DNA of 64,000 nt from Chitinophagales bacterium (GTDB lineage: Bacteria > Bacteroidota > Bacteroidia > Chitinophagales > Chitinophagaceae): contig JAFLBI010000002.1 in NCBI GenBank assembly GCA_017303835.1, forward strand, positions 385,945-449,944, given 5' to 3'. Under the pieces are notes generated by a model. That model made no database searches. It was given only the letters and a program-made list of their open reading frames with translations, and was not told the origin of the DNA. Shown here piece by piece: positions 55,814 to 64,000 of the stretch (position 1 is its first letter; every line of letters begins with the position of its first letter). Position numbers and translations under genes: made by a program.

Positions 55814-56779
55814 ATGGCCATCATCAAAAACATAGATACTGCCAAGCGTTATGTGAAACTGAGCTTCAGCTCATCTTCACCTATGCTGCCTGATTTTGAT
55901 ATGGCAGAAGAACTGATCCTGAAACCTTTGTTAGGTGATGATCTGTTTGATGCAATACAAGCTGATGCAGTTGCTACTGAGCCTGGGCAGCCTGTTCTTT
56001 TGGATAAGTGCCGTAAAGCCATCGCTCCGTATGCATATGCGCTATCACTGCCCTCTATTCAGGTGCAGTTAAGTGATGCTGGTTTACATTCTGTACAGGA
56101 TGAAACCAGAAGATCTGCTTTCCGTTGGGAGCATGAAAAAATTCAGGAGCAGCTATACACTCAGGCAGCTTTTCATTTGGATGCCTTGATTCAATACCTA
56201 TTCAAAGAAGCAGAAGCTTTAGCCTGGTCAGCACCTAGCCATATTAGCACCATTTTTAAAACAGGGGCAGAGTTCAGCCAGTATTTTCCGCTGTTTCAGC
56301 CATTCCGAGTATTTGAGCAGCTAAGGCCATTGGCAGTAGCAGAATTGCGTGAGCAGGTTTACACAGCTATTGGTGAAGCTTTTGCAACTGATCTATTGAG
56401 CAAAGCCAATCCTAGTGATGATGAAAAAGCAGCGATCAATCTGATCAAATTCTGCTTGGCCTATTCAACTATCAGAAGAAGTGTTGAGAGCCTGAATGTT
56501 GCCATTACGCCACAGGGTTTCAGTGTTTTGCTTGGCACCGCTATTAATAGCGATGCAGCCACCAATGGCAGACAACAGGCAGATGCCAATAGCCTGAGCA
56601 CTTTGAGAAATAGCGTTCAGCAAACTGCTGATCAGTTTAAGCAAGACTTACTTCAATTACTGAACAGCAAAGCTTCTGCAGAGAAATTCACCATCTTTTT
56701 TAATAGCACTTTTTATAAGAAGCCAGGAGCATCTATACCAGATGCCAATGCTTCAAGGAAAGGGGTATTTGGTTTATAA
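55814..56779 (+). CDS. Phage structural-module protein, hypothetical
   Basis: 321 aa helical protein immediately after the portal-like gene. Confidence 0.45.
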   Translation: MAIIKNIDTAKRYVKLSFSSSSPMLPDFDMAEELILKPLLGDDLFDAIQADAVATEPGQPVLLDKCRKAIAPYAYALSLPSIQVQLSDAGLHSVQDETRRSAFRWEHEKIQEQLYTQAAFHLDALIQYLFKEAEALAWSAPSHISTIFKTGAEFSQYFPLFQPFRVFEQLRPLAVAELREQVYTAIGEAFATDLLSKANPSDDEKAAINLIKFCLAYSTIRRSVESLNVAITPQGFSVLLGTAINSDAATNGRQQADANSLSTLRNSVQQTADQFKQDLLQLLNSKASAEKFTIFFNSTFYKKPGASIPDANASRKGVFGL

Positions 56780-56791
56780 AACTTCAAACTC

Positions 56792-57040
56792 ATGGACGAC
56801 TTAACAGAAAAAGAAATGGGCGACTTAAAAGCAAAAGTAGACAGGATTCACAGTGCACTCATTGGCGATGAGCTTGGCAATGATGGATTGGTTGAGCGTG
56901 TTAAGTTCTTAGAGGAAGAAGCCGAGAAAAATAAAATGTTTCGTGAGCGCATATACATCAGCTATGCAATTGTGGTAACGATTGCAGCAGGTATAGCCTA
57001 TATCAGTAACTGGATTTTAGAATTCTTCAAAAAGAAGTGA
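56792..57040 (+). CDS. Small membrane protein with C-terminal TM (holin/antiholin-like by position)
   Basis: 82 aa with a coiled-coil N-terminus and the TM segment ISYAIVVTIAAGIAYISNWIL. Confidence 0.4.
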   Translation: MDDLTEKEMGDLKAKVDRIHSALIGDELGNDGLVERVKFLEEEAEKNKMFRERIYISYAIVVTIAAGIAYISNWILEFFKKK

Positions 57041-57041
57041 T

Positions 57042-57476
57042 ATGGAAATTTTGATTGTACGTAAGTGGAAGCGTGAAAAATTTACTATCAGCGAATTGTT
57101 TGTTGATGGATTGTTTGAGTGCTTTATTCTAGAAGATAAAGACCGTGGTTTGGATAGTGGTATGTCTATAGAAGATATCCTGAAAATTAAAGTGCCTGAG
57201 CAGACAGCCATACCTACTGGCCGCTATGAGTTGATTGTGAATTTCAGTAACCGCTTTAAACAATACATGCCTTTGCTTTTGGAAGTAAAGGGCTTTGCAG
57301 GTGTTCGCATTCATAGCGGTAATACTATTGATCACACAGAAGGCTGCCCGCTTACCGGTACAACTAAGGATGAAGTAAAAGGCTTTGTGGGCAATAGCCG
57401 TGCTGCTTACAGATCACTGTTTGCCAAAATCAAAAAGGTTGAGAAGACCGAAAAAGTATTCGTCACCATTAAATAG
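57042..57476 (+). CDS. DUF5675-like protein with YkuD-like His...Cys motif; candidate cell-wall hydrolase (endolysin)
   Basis: 144 aa with TISELFVDG...CFILED...TAIPTGRYEL...VRIHSGNTIDHTEGCPLTG. It is flanked by two small membrane-protein genes. Confidence 0.45.
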   Translation: MEILIVRKWKREKFTISELFVDGLFECFILEDKDRGLDSGMSIEDILKIKVPEQTAIPTGRYELIVNFSNRFKQYMPLLLEVKGFAGVRIHSGNTIDHTEGCPLTGTTKDEVKGFVGNSRAAYRSLFAKIKKVEKTEKVFVTIK

Positions 57477-57482
57477 TTATAT

Positions 57483-57737
57483 ATGAATCCCAAAGATTTT
57501 TTAATTGAATTAGTACAGCGTTTGAGCAAAGAGAACCCTAAGTTCTTTAAAGTATTGAGTGGAGTATTCTTTTTGCTACTCTGCTTTGCTGGTGGTGTTG
57601 GTTTTGCCGCTGATTTGGGCATTACGCTTCCTGCATGGGTTGCAGTAGTAAACGCAAAAGTACTTGGATGGATCAGCGTATTTGGCTTGTTCTTCAGCCG
57701 CCTGCCTAATGCAGATGTAAACGATCAAAGCAAATAG
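57483..57737 (+). CDS. Two-TM small membrane protein (holin-like)
   Basis: 84 aa with hydrophobic segments VLSGVFFLLLCFAGGVGFA and VLGWISVFGLFF. Confidence 0.45.
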   Translation: MNPKDFLIELVQRLSKENPKFFKVLSGVFFLLLCFAGGVGFAADLGITLPAWVAVVNAKVLGWISVFGLFFSRLPNADVNDQSK

Positions 57738-57739
57738 TT

Positions 57740-58435
57740 ATGAAACTGTTTCTGAAAATTCTGCCATGGATCATTGTGGCTGTTCTAGTAGCAGCCCTGG
57801 TGAAACTCTGCACCCCTGATCCGCCTGTTACTAAACCCGCACCTAGCCGGGAGCTTACCAACCTACAAGCGCCGAAGCTTCAAAGAAGCGTATCGGGCAC
57901 GGTACATACCGAAAATAAAGCGGTACAGGCGGACAGGGATGTTTGGCTGCATGACTATTACAAGAGTCTATTGGCAGATATGCAGCAAAAGCTGAACCTG
58001 AAAGAAAAGCAGATTCAGCAGCTTACAGCAGCCAGTTCGCTTACTGAAGGGCAGGTAATTACCAAAGTTGATACAGTGCATGTATACGGAGATACCGGCC
58101 ATTTTGAAAACCATTTTACTTACGCTGATCGATGGCTGTATTTACGTGGAAAGATTATTGATGATCAGTTAGAGCTGGATTATCGAATCACTGACAGCAT
58201 TCAACTGGTATCATTCACTAAGCGTAAATGGTTTCTAGGAAAGCGGGAAAGCTATGTATCTGGCTTCAGCTTAAATCCTAAAACAACCTTGCAAGGTTTG
58301 CAGCAAGTAAAGCTGAATGGATCCATCGAGCCAAAGAAATGGGGTATTGGCATTCAGGCAGGGTATGGCATTACAGGCGCAGGTTTAAGCCCTTATGTGG
58401 GTATTGGTATCACCAGAACACTGATTCGATTTTGA
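57740..58435 (+). CDS. Membrane-anchored protein with OMP-like C-terminus (spanin-like by position)
   Basis: 231 aa with the N-terminal TM ILPWIIVAVLVAALVKLC. The C-terminal GIGIQAGYGITGAGLSPYVGIGITRTLIRF ends in Phe, as in an OMP beta-signal. Confidence 0.4.
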   Translation: MKLFLKILPWIIVAVLVAALVKLCTPDPPVTKPAPSRELTNLQAPKLQRSVSGTVHTENKAVQADRDVWLHDYYKSLLADMQQKLNLKEKQIQQLTAASSLTEGQVITKVDTVHVYGDTGHFENHFTYADRWLYLRGKIIDDQLELDYRITDSIQLVSFTKRKWFLGKRESYVSGFSLNPKTTLQGLQQVKLNGSIEPKKWGIGIQAGYGITGAGLSPYVGIGITRTLIRF

Positions 58436-59229
58436 TTGAACTTGTTTACCATAAGAAAAGCTATGTCATTCCTGAAAACTGGAATGAGTTAACCACCAAG
58501 CAGGTGGTTAACATGGTTAGGCTAATACATGCAAGTAAAGATGATGTTGATTTTCTGTACAGAGCATTGCAGATTCTATTGCAAATGAGCAATTGGGATT
58601 ATGTAAAGCTGAGCAATGATTTTAAGGGTAGGGCTTTCGACCACATTATCTGGATTGCAGGAGAGAATACACTTACAAAGAATCCGTTTCCACAATTGTC
58701 AATTGTGCCATTCTTCAGCACCTTGTATGGTCCGAAGGATGATTTTGATAACATCCGTGCGAAAGAATTTCACTTTGCTGAGATGAGCTATGTGGCCTAT
58801 CTGGAAACAAATGATATAGGCTATTTGGATAGACTGATAGGGGTGCTTTATCGAAAACATTGTGGATTGAAAGGTGATGAGCTGTTAAAGCGTGGTGATG
58901 TACGTGAAGATTTCAATGATAATCTGGTACCCAAGTATGCCAATACTGTTTTGCGGTTAAGCATTGATACGAAAAGAGCCATTCTGCAATGGTATGATGG
59001 ATGCAGACATAACCTGCTGCAGTCTTTTAAATCATTGAAAAAAGCGGATGGTGTACAGTCGGATGATTTCAAAGGTCTTTACCCATTGATGCATAGCATG
59101 GCCGGTGAAAAGTATGGTGACTTTGATAAGATTGAGCAAAAGCTGGTGTGGGATCTGATGTATGCAATGCAGCAATTCAATGATGACGCCAAGGAGCAGG
59201 AAAAACTTGCCAAAAAACAAAAATCATGA
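58432..59229 (+). CDS. Phage hypothetical protein
   Basis: The track ORF starts at 58339, overlapping the previous gene by 97 nt. I prefer TTG 58432 (tTTGA overlap with the stop), giving (M)IELVYHKKSY... The start is uncertain. Confidence 0.4.
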   Translation: MIELVYHKKSYVIPENWNELTTKQVVNMVRLIHASKDDVDFLYRALQILLQMSNWDYVKLSNDFKGRAFDHIIWIAGENTLTKNPFPQLSIVPFFSTLYGPKDDFDNIRAKEFHFAEMSYVAYLETNDIGYLDRLIGVLYRKHCGLKGDELLKRGDVREDFNDNLVPKYANTVLRLSIDTKRAILQWYDGCRHNLLQSFKSLKKADGVQSDDFKGLYPLMHSMAGEKYGDFDKIEQKLVWDLMYAMQQFNDDAKEQEKLAKKQKS

Positions 59230-59753
59230 CAGAGGTAGCATACTTTAAAAATATTGCAGAGCAGCACTTAGATATTGCGCATGATACACCTATTACTGAG
59301 GGATCAGAAGAAAAGCGTTGTAGCTTTTTTCGTTTAGGAAAATCACAGGAGCTGTCTGCTGCCATCTTCAATAAGGCACATTTTCCTTGTTTGGTGTACG
59401 CTGATGTAAGAATCAGGTATAATGCTGACAACAATACACAGGCAGCTAGAAGAAGAAAGTTCCATACACTATATGTGTTTAGTGCTGTTGATCAATCTAT
59501 CTCTAATGAGATTGATAAACAGGAAGCCGCTTATGATGCGGCACTCGAAGTTGCTGAGGAAATCATAAGCTTCATGAATGAGGATCAGCTAAACAATGGA
59601 TTTTGTGCTGCTGGCTTCAGGTTTAAGCCTGATATGGTGGTGTTAGATATGGAAGACCTACCTGCATCTAACTTATATGGATGGCGCATTCAGATTGAAA
59701 GCATGTCGCAAAAAGACTTTATTAAAAACCCTGCTAAATGGATTGAGCCATGA
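59226..59753 (+). CDS. Phage hypothetical protein
   Basis: 175 aa with 4-nt overlaps on both sides. Confidence 0.45.
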   Translation: MTEVAYFKNIAEQHLDIAHDTPITEGSEEKRCSFFRLGKSQELSAAIFNKAHFPCLVYADVRIRYNADNNTQAARRRKFHTLYVFSAVDQSISNEIDKQEAAYDAALEVAEEIISFMNEDQLNNGFCAAGFRFKPDMVVLDMEDLPASNLYGWRIQIESMSQKDFIKNPAKWIEP

Positions 59754-60955
59754 GCACTACTGTAATTGAACGCCCAGCCAGTTTTAGCTTCAGTAAGAAT
59801 GAAGTACGCTATGTGTTGCATACTACTGGCAGTATTAGCTTTCTGCAGGTTAAGGTAGTGTATAAGCTTACCGGTAGCGAGCAGGTTATTGATTTGAAAA
59901 CCTATGCCCTCAATCCTAATCCGGATGGCAAAACTTATATCTACCTGTCTAAGCTGTTGGCAGGGCTACTTTCTTTTGTAGTGCCAGATCCTGCACAGGC
60001 GGTTACTTCTGCCGGGAAGCAATGCATACAGTTTGCCATTCATTTTCGGGAGCGCACACCAGGCGATAATGAACCTGCATGGATAACCACAGAAACCAAC
60101 CATTGGCGATGGCTTTTACAGGGTGGTGTAGAACAGCAAATTGCAAGTAGGAACAATATTTTCACTGCATTGGCGGCATCAAAGCAGTTTCTTACTTGGT
60201 TGCCTAGTGGCCGTTATGTTTTTCCAATGGAAAAGCTATGGCTTACTTTTCTCAATCAAGCAAGTCTTAATGGCATCAGCTTGAAGTTGAGAAAGAAGCT
60301 TTTTAATGCTGATGCTACAGATACAACCACCACATTAACGCTTAGTGCTGGCTTATTACATCATATTCAGGTATCACCATTATTCTTAGGACTAAACGCA
60401 GATATTGAAGCCAGAAACCTGCATTGGTATGAGGTTTCTTTAGTGAATAATGATAACCCTGCCATCACTTCAAGCTATCGATTCTACATAGAGTACAGGC
60501 CATTGTACAACCAGCATTTCTTTGTGTATCAAAACAGCTTAAGCGGTATTGATACGGTTGCTGTAGCAGGTCAGGTAGAGCTTACGCAAAAGCGCGCGGT
60601 AGAAGAAATTGAAACCGGATTAGACTTGAACGATTGGCAGTCTACAGTAAAGCGAGGTGAGAAAAGCCATTTAACTATAAGGGCTGAACGAACTTACAAG
60701 GGCGATATTGGATTCTTGCGCACCAGAAGGCATGCAGAAGCTATGCAAGACCTGTTACTTAGCAAATGCATCTTTGAGCGAATGTTCGATAGATGGGTGC
60801 CAATTCTCAATATTCAAAGCAGTGGCACTATGCCATCCACTGAGGAAACGCTTTACAATATGCCCATTGAGTGGCAGTTGCCTTTCAGCAATGAAGTGTA
60901 CACACCTGATGATATTGAACTGAACAAAGGAATAGATACAGAAATTTATGAGTAA
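59750..60955 (+). CDS. Phage structural-module protein, hypothetical
   Basis: 401 aa, translationally coupled to its neighbours. Confidence 0.45.
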   Translation: MSTTVIERPASFSFSKNEVRYVLHTTGSISFLQVKVVYKLTGSEQVIDLKTYALNPNPDGKTYIYLSKLLAGLLSFVVPDPAQAVTSAGKQCIQFAIHFRERTPGDNEPAWITTETNHWRWLLQGGVEQQIASRNNIFTALAASKQFLTWLPSGRYVFPMEKLWLTFLNQASLNGISLKLRKKLFNADATDTTTTLTLSAGLLHHIQVSPLFLGLNADIEARNLHWYEVSLVNNDNPAITSSYRFYIEYRPLYNQHFFVYQNSLSGIDTVAVAGQVELTQKRAVEEIETGLDLNDWQSTVKRGEKSHLTIRAERTYKGDIGFLRTRRHAEAMQDLLLSKCIFERMFDRWVPILNIQSSGTMPSTEETLYNMPIEWQLPFSNEVYTPDDIELNKGIDTEIYE

Positions 60956-63137
60956 GCTGCAACTGATCTATAAAGGCGAAGCCGTTGATTTGGTACCCGG
61001 TGCAACTACTGAGATTGAGCGCAACAGCCCATTCTTCATGTTGGATGCCATTCTTGCTGAATACTCTATGCCAGTTGGTATTGCTGATAGTGAAAGAAAT
61101 GCCAGGCTATTTCCTGAAGTCTTTAATGCCACCATCAAATCAAAAACCAAATACGCAGTATCTGTACTGGATGATGATACCTTGATGTACCAGGCTATTT
61201 TGGTATTTGATAAGAGCATTACGAATTACGATCGCTTTGGCGAAGGTGCCTATAGTGCATTCCTAAAGTTCAACATCAGTAACTTCTTTGATGCTGTAAA
61301 GGATAAGAATTTAAGCCAGCTAAATTTGGGTGGTACCAGATCATTCAACTTTACTACATGGGATAAGAACGATGCTTCAGGTGGTTTTTGGCAGCATGTA
61401 CACGATACATGGAATGGTAACCATGATTACATCTTTGCGCCATTCAGAAACGAAACTTGGGTTGATTGGGAGCCGCCATTGTTTAGTGGCTGGCTGAATG
61501 AATTGGATCCAGTTACGGGCACTAGTATTCGTCCGGGCGCATATATAGTGCCATTACCAAAGCTTGGGTATATCATTCGCTGCATAGTAGAAGAGCACGG
61601 TTGGAAGCTAGATGCTTCTGCCGTTGCTGAAACGATTATGAATAACCGGTACCTACTGGCCACTAAAGCAAATGATTTCTTGATTGGTACCAGTATTGGT
61701 GGGTTTGTGCCACCTGAGCCTGTTGTGAAATTGAATCAGGTAGTAGATGCCAAAGTCAATTGCAAAGACCTGTTTATCTGGTTCTGTAAGAGGTACGGCA
61801 TAGCACCAGATGCCAATGCCGATACCCGAATAGTAAAGCTGATGCCACTTAATTCAGTGGCAAATTTTGCGCATGAAGACATTACTGAGTTTGCATCCAG
61901 ACTTCCGGAACAAACATTTGATGCAGCAGTAAGGGCTGTTTCTTTTAAGCAGAGCTTTACAGGTAATGATGAAGCCATTAGTGAGCCGGCTTTTGAGAAC
62001 CTGAAGAAAGAAAACCCGGTTGCTTCTTTTGCCGCTTTACCAGCACCCTCAGCCAACTACGATAATTCCTACATATTCGCTTTCCGCGAAAATGCCTTTT
62101 ATAAAATTGGAGTGAATGAAACTACTAACCAACGCGAATGGCAGCTGCTTGGTTACAACATCTTCAATGTTGAAGTACAAAATGAAACTGAAGCATACGA
62201 GAGTTCTATCGCACCTGTGCCATCTATCCGTTCTAAGTATAGAACACAAGGCGGACAAGACTATTTTGGCTTTTTCCCATACGTGAAGCAGCCACGCAAT
62301 GCTTCATTGGGCATAAGGGTAATGGCGTATCATGGTTTACAGATGGAAACCAATAGTGCAGGCGCAGCGGGTTCGGTTCAATATCCTTACATGAACATTT
62401 GCCCGATTGATAACTTGGGAAACAGCTTGCCGGATATTGCAGAGGTTTTCGAATACAATTTCGATAACCTGAAGCTTGGTATCATTCAAAACCTTTTTGC
62501 TGCATGGATGGAGAAGTACAAGCTTTCCAACATTATTACCATTCGGCTTTTCCTGCCATTGCATAAGCTCCTCAATCTGCAATGGAATAAAGTGTACAAC
62601 ATCAGGAACCAACCTTTTTTGCTAAAGAGCTTTATTCAACCATTGCCCTATAAGGGCATGATACAAGCAAAGCTTCACCCAATTGTACTGCAGCAAAGTG
62701 ATCTGCCTATAGAATCTGGCGGTAGCGGTGGCGGTGATCCTGTAACGATATATGTTCGTTTAGCTTGGGAAGAAATGGAAAGTGCAGCTGATTACGAAGT
62801 GCCATTCTTTGGGGTAACATGGTATTATAAAAATGTACAGATTGGCCACATTTATGCTTATTGCTACTCAGACCCTAACGGTGTTAATTTATACACACCA
62901 ACCAATTTGCGCATTAATGTACAGCAGACAATCTTGGAAAACGGTGTGCCCACTTCTATGCCTGCACACCAGATTACCATGAACAGCAGTAAGCAAATGG
63001 CAGGGGTTGTAAACTCGGCAGGCGGTATTAAAGAGAGCAGGTTTTATACCAGATACACCAGTTTAGATCCTACTGAAATTCCTTTTGAAGTGAGATACCA
63101 GCTTTTGCCTGGTACAGGATATGTGGTGATTGAGTAA
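60948..63137 (+). CDS. Large phage structural protein, hypothetical (tail/baseplate-type by size and position)
   Basis: 729 aa with an 8-nt overlap with the upstream gene. No family is recognised. Confidence 0.45.
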   Translation: MSKLQLIYKGEAVDLVPGATTEIERNSPFFMLDAILAEYSMPVGIADSERNARLFPEVFNATIKSKTKYAVSVLDDDTLMYQAILVFDKSITNYDRFGEGAYSAFLKFNISNFFDAVKDKNLSQLNLGGTRSFNFTTWDKNDASGGFWQHVHDTWNGNHDYIFAPFRNETWVDWEPPLFSGWLNELDPVTGTSIRPGAYIVPLPKLGYIIRCIVEEHGWKLDASAVAETIMNNRYLLATKANDFLIGTSIGGFVPPEPVVKLNQVVDAKVNCKDLFIWFCKRYGIAPDANADTRIVKLMPLNSVANFAHEDITEFASRLPEQTFDAAVRAVSFKQSFTGNDEAISEPAFENLKKENPVASFAALPAPSANYDNSYIFAFRENAFYKIGVNETTNQREWQLLGYNIFNVEVQNETEAYESSIAPVPSIRSKYRTQGGQDYFGFFPYVKQPRNASLGIRVMAYHGLQMETNSAGAAGSVQYPYMNICPIDNLGNSLPDIAEVFEYNFDNLKLGIIQNLFAAWMEKYKLSNIITIRLFLPLHKLLNLQWNKVYNIRNQPFLLKSFIQPLPYKGMIQAKLHPIVLQQSDLPIESGGSGGGDPVTIYVRLAWEEMESAADYEVPFFGVTWYYKNVQIGHIYAYCYSDPNGVNLYTPTNLRINVQQTILENGVPTSMPAHQITMNSSKQMAGVVNSAGGIKESRFYTRYTSLDPTEIPFEVRYQLLPGTGYVVIE

Positions 63138-63146
63138 CTTTGGACT

Positions 63147-63252
63147 GCCCACACCTTAGATAGATGAATCCAAAAGAGCGGCCCTCATAGCATGAGGGTT
63201 GAGTAATCCAGGCTTTTGCTCTGGGTTCATCTATGGTTTCATAGGTGTGGGC
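63147..63252. repeat. Long imperfect inverted repeat with nested hairpin
   Basis: GCCCACACCT (63147-56) pairs with AGGTGTGGGC (63243-52), and ATAGATGAA (63160-68) pairs with TTCATCTAT (63226-34). The inner hairpin is CCCTCAT-AGC-ATGAGGG (63182-98). Confidence 0.7.
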
Positions 63253-63268
63253 GCTCAACCCGCATACT

Positions 63269-63559
63269 ATGAGTCAGGAAGCCCTTAATGCCTTCAGTTC
63301 TAAATTCGTTCCGGCAGACGAAAACAACCACACTTTTCTTTATTCTACTTCAGAGATAGGCGCCATGCTGTATGAGCATTCCGGAGCCGAAGTACCCGCA
63401 ACAGACATCTACAACCACATGATCGAGAAAGGATTCAGAAACGACTTTGCTGATGGCCGTTTTGTATGGTACTTGAAGCACTGTCCTTCTGTGTCCGCGC
63501 CAAGTGGCGGACATTCGGAACATGCGGACAGTTCAGAATTGGCTCAAGAGCAGCCGTAA
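63269..63559 (+). CDS. Phage hypothetical protein
   Basis: The start is set to ATG 63269 (MSQEALNAF...). The track GTG start at 63245 lies inside the inverted repeat. Confidence 0.4.
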   Translation: MSQEALNAFSSKFVPADENNHTFLYSTSEIGAMLYEHSGAEVPATDIYNHMIEKGFRNDFADGRFVWYLKHCPSVSAPSGGHSEHADSSELAQEQP

Positions 63560-64000
63560 TTACCATGCTGGGGTTGTGATTATACAGCCCTATTGTACTG
63601 ATAAAAAGCTTTGGCAGTGGATTACTGCCGGCAATACGCCCGACAGGCTGAAGAAGCTGGTAGAATTGGCTGAGCAGCTTGTTAGCGAAAAGCCCAAAGC
63701 CACTGTAATACAGGTGGCCATTCCCCAAATCAAAAGCACTACAGACCGTTCCCTCACTCAGCGGGTAACGGAAATGCCGCTTTCTGATGATCCTATTCTC
63801 ACAGCCATTCAGTTGGAATGGAAAGCGCCATACACGCGCATGAAATACCTACAGCAGAAATTGGATGATTGGGGAGAATCTAACCGACCTGAAGCTGTAG
63901 CTGTATGCAAAACTATCTGTAAAGAAATCGTGGAGCTGGATGCTGAAATCAATGCCGTATGGGCCAAGAGAGATTACTATTTGGAGCATGGCAAGCTTCC
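63522..64000 (+). CDS. Phage hypothetical protein, 3' end beyond window
   Basis: Not in the ORF track because it has no stop in the window. My translation from ATG 63522 gives MRTVQNWLKSSRNYHAGVVIIQPYCTDKKLWQWITAGNTPDRLKKLVELAEQ..., open to position 64000. Confidence 0.35.
   Translation, partial: MRTVQNWLKSSRNYHAGVVIIQPYCTDKKLWQWITAGNTPDRLKKLVELAEQLVSEKPKATVIQVAIPQIKSTTDRSLTQRVTEMPLSDDPILTAIQLEWKAPYTRMKYLQQKLDDWGESNRPEAVAVCKTICKEIVELDAEINAVWAKRDYYLEHGKL

Larger units (their letters stand above)
27712..64000. mobile_element. Integrated tailed-phage genome (prophage); left end in window, right end beyond 64000
   Basis: Gene content switches abruptly at about 27.7 kb from housekeeping to phage genes: HTH regulator, primase-helicase, MTase, tail fibre with S74 chaperone, S49 protease, capsid, tape measure, portal-like protein and lysis cassette. 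Confidence 0.85.

Noticed and set aside
58339-58431. Upstream 31 codons of the 296-aa ORF
   Set aside because: They overlap the C-terminal beta-strand region of the preceding gene in another frame. A TTG start overlapping the stop codon is more consistent with the coupling seen throughout this operon, though the start remains uncertain.

Overview
The window has two parts. (1) 1-27.7 kb is ordinary chromosomal backbone. Gene content and the lack of Shine-Dalgarno-type leaders suggest a Bacteroidota genome (Chitinophagaceae/Sphingobacteriia-like; this is inference). It carries a DCC-family oxidoreductase (partial), yebC, an APC permease, a DAACS symporter, DedA, MFS, GT9, mdh, two thioredoxin-fold genes plus an MlaF-like ATPase, lysA, scpB, atpG, secA, deoC, a SPOR protein, an M20 amidohydrolase, a histidine kinase, maeB, mlaE, a DUF4442-like protein, a beta-CASP MBL hydrolase and an AT-rich TlpA-like lipoprotein gene. 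(2) From about 27.71 kb to the window end (over 36 kb, right end not reached) lies an integrated tailed-phage genome. Its left junction is an orphan tRNA 3' end fused to a terminator. It contains a leftward HTH regulator with repeat-rich divergent control DNA, small early genes, an initiator-like tRNA(CAT) followed by about 260 nt of highly structured ORF-free RNA, and a Toprim/SF3 primase-helicase. It also has an orphan C5 cytosine methyltransferase with six tandem TRD-like repeats, a 490-bp non-coding hub packed with TTGAAACA/TGTTACA repeats, and three late-type transcription units. Each unit starts with the same 13-nt box, TCACTGTCCTTTC. Structural and lysis genes include an S74-chaperone tail fibre, an S49 protease, a putative capsid protein, a tape measure, a putative portal, and a lysis cassette with a DUF5675/YkuD-like candidate endolysin. 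An AT-rich three-gene insert with a MazF/PemK-like protein sits between the tape measure and portal modules. No integrase, terminase, CRISPR array or rRNA is recognisable in the window. All functional calls come from reading motifs in the supplied translations, and no database search was run.
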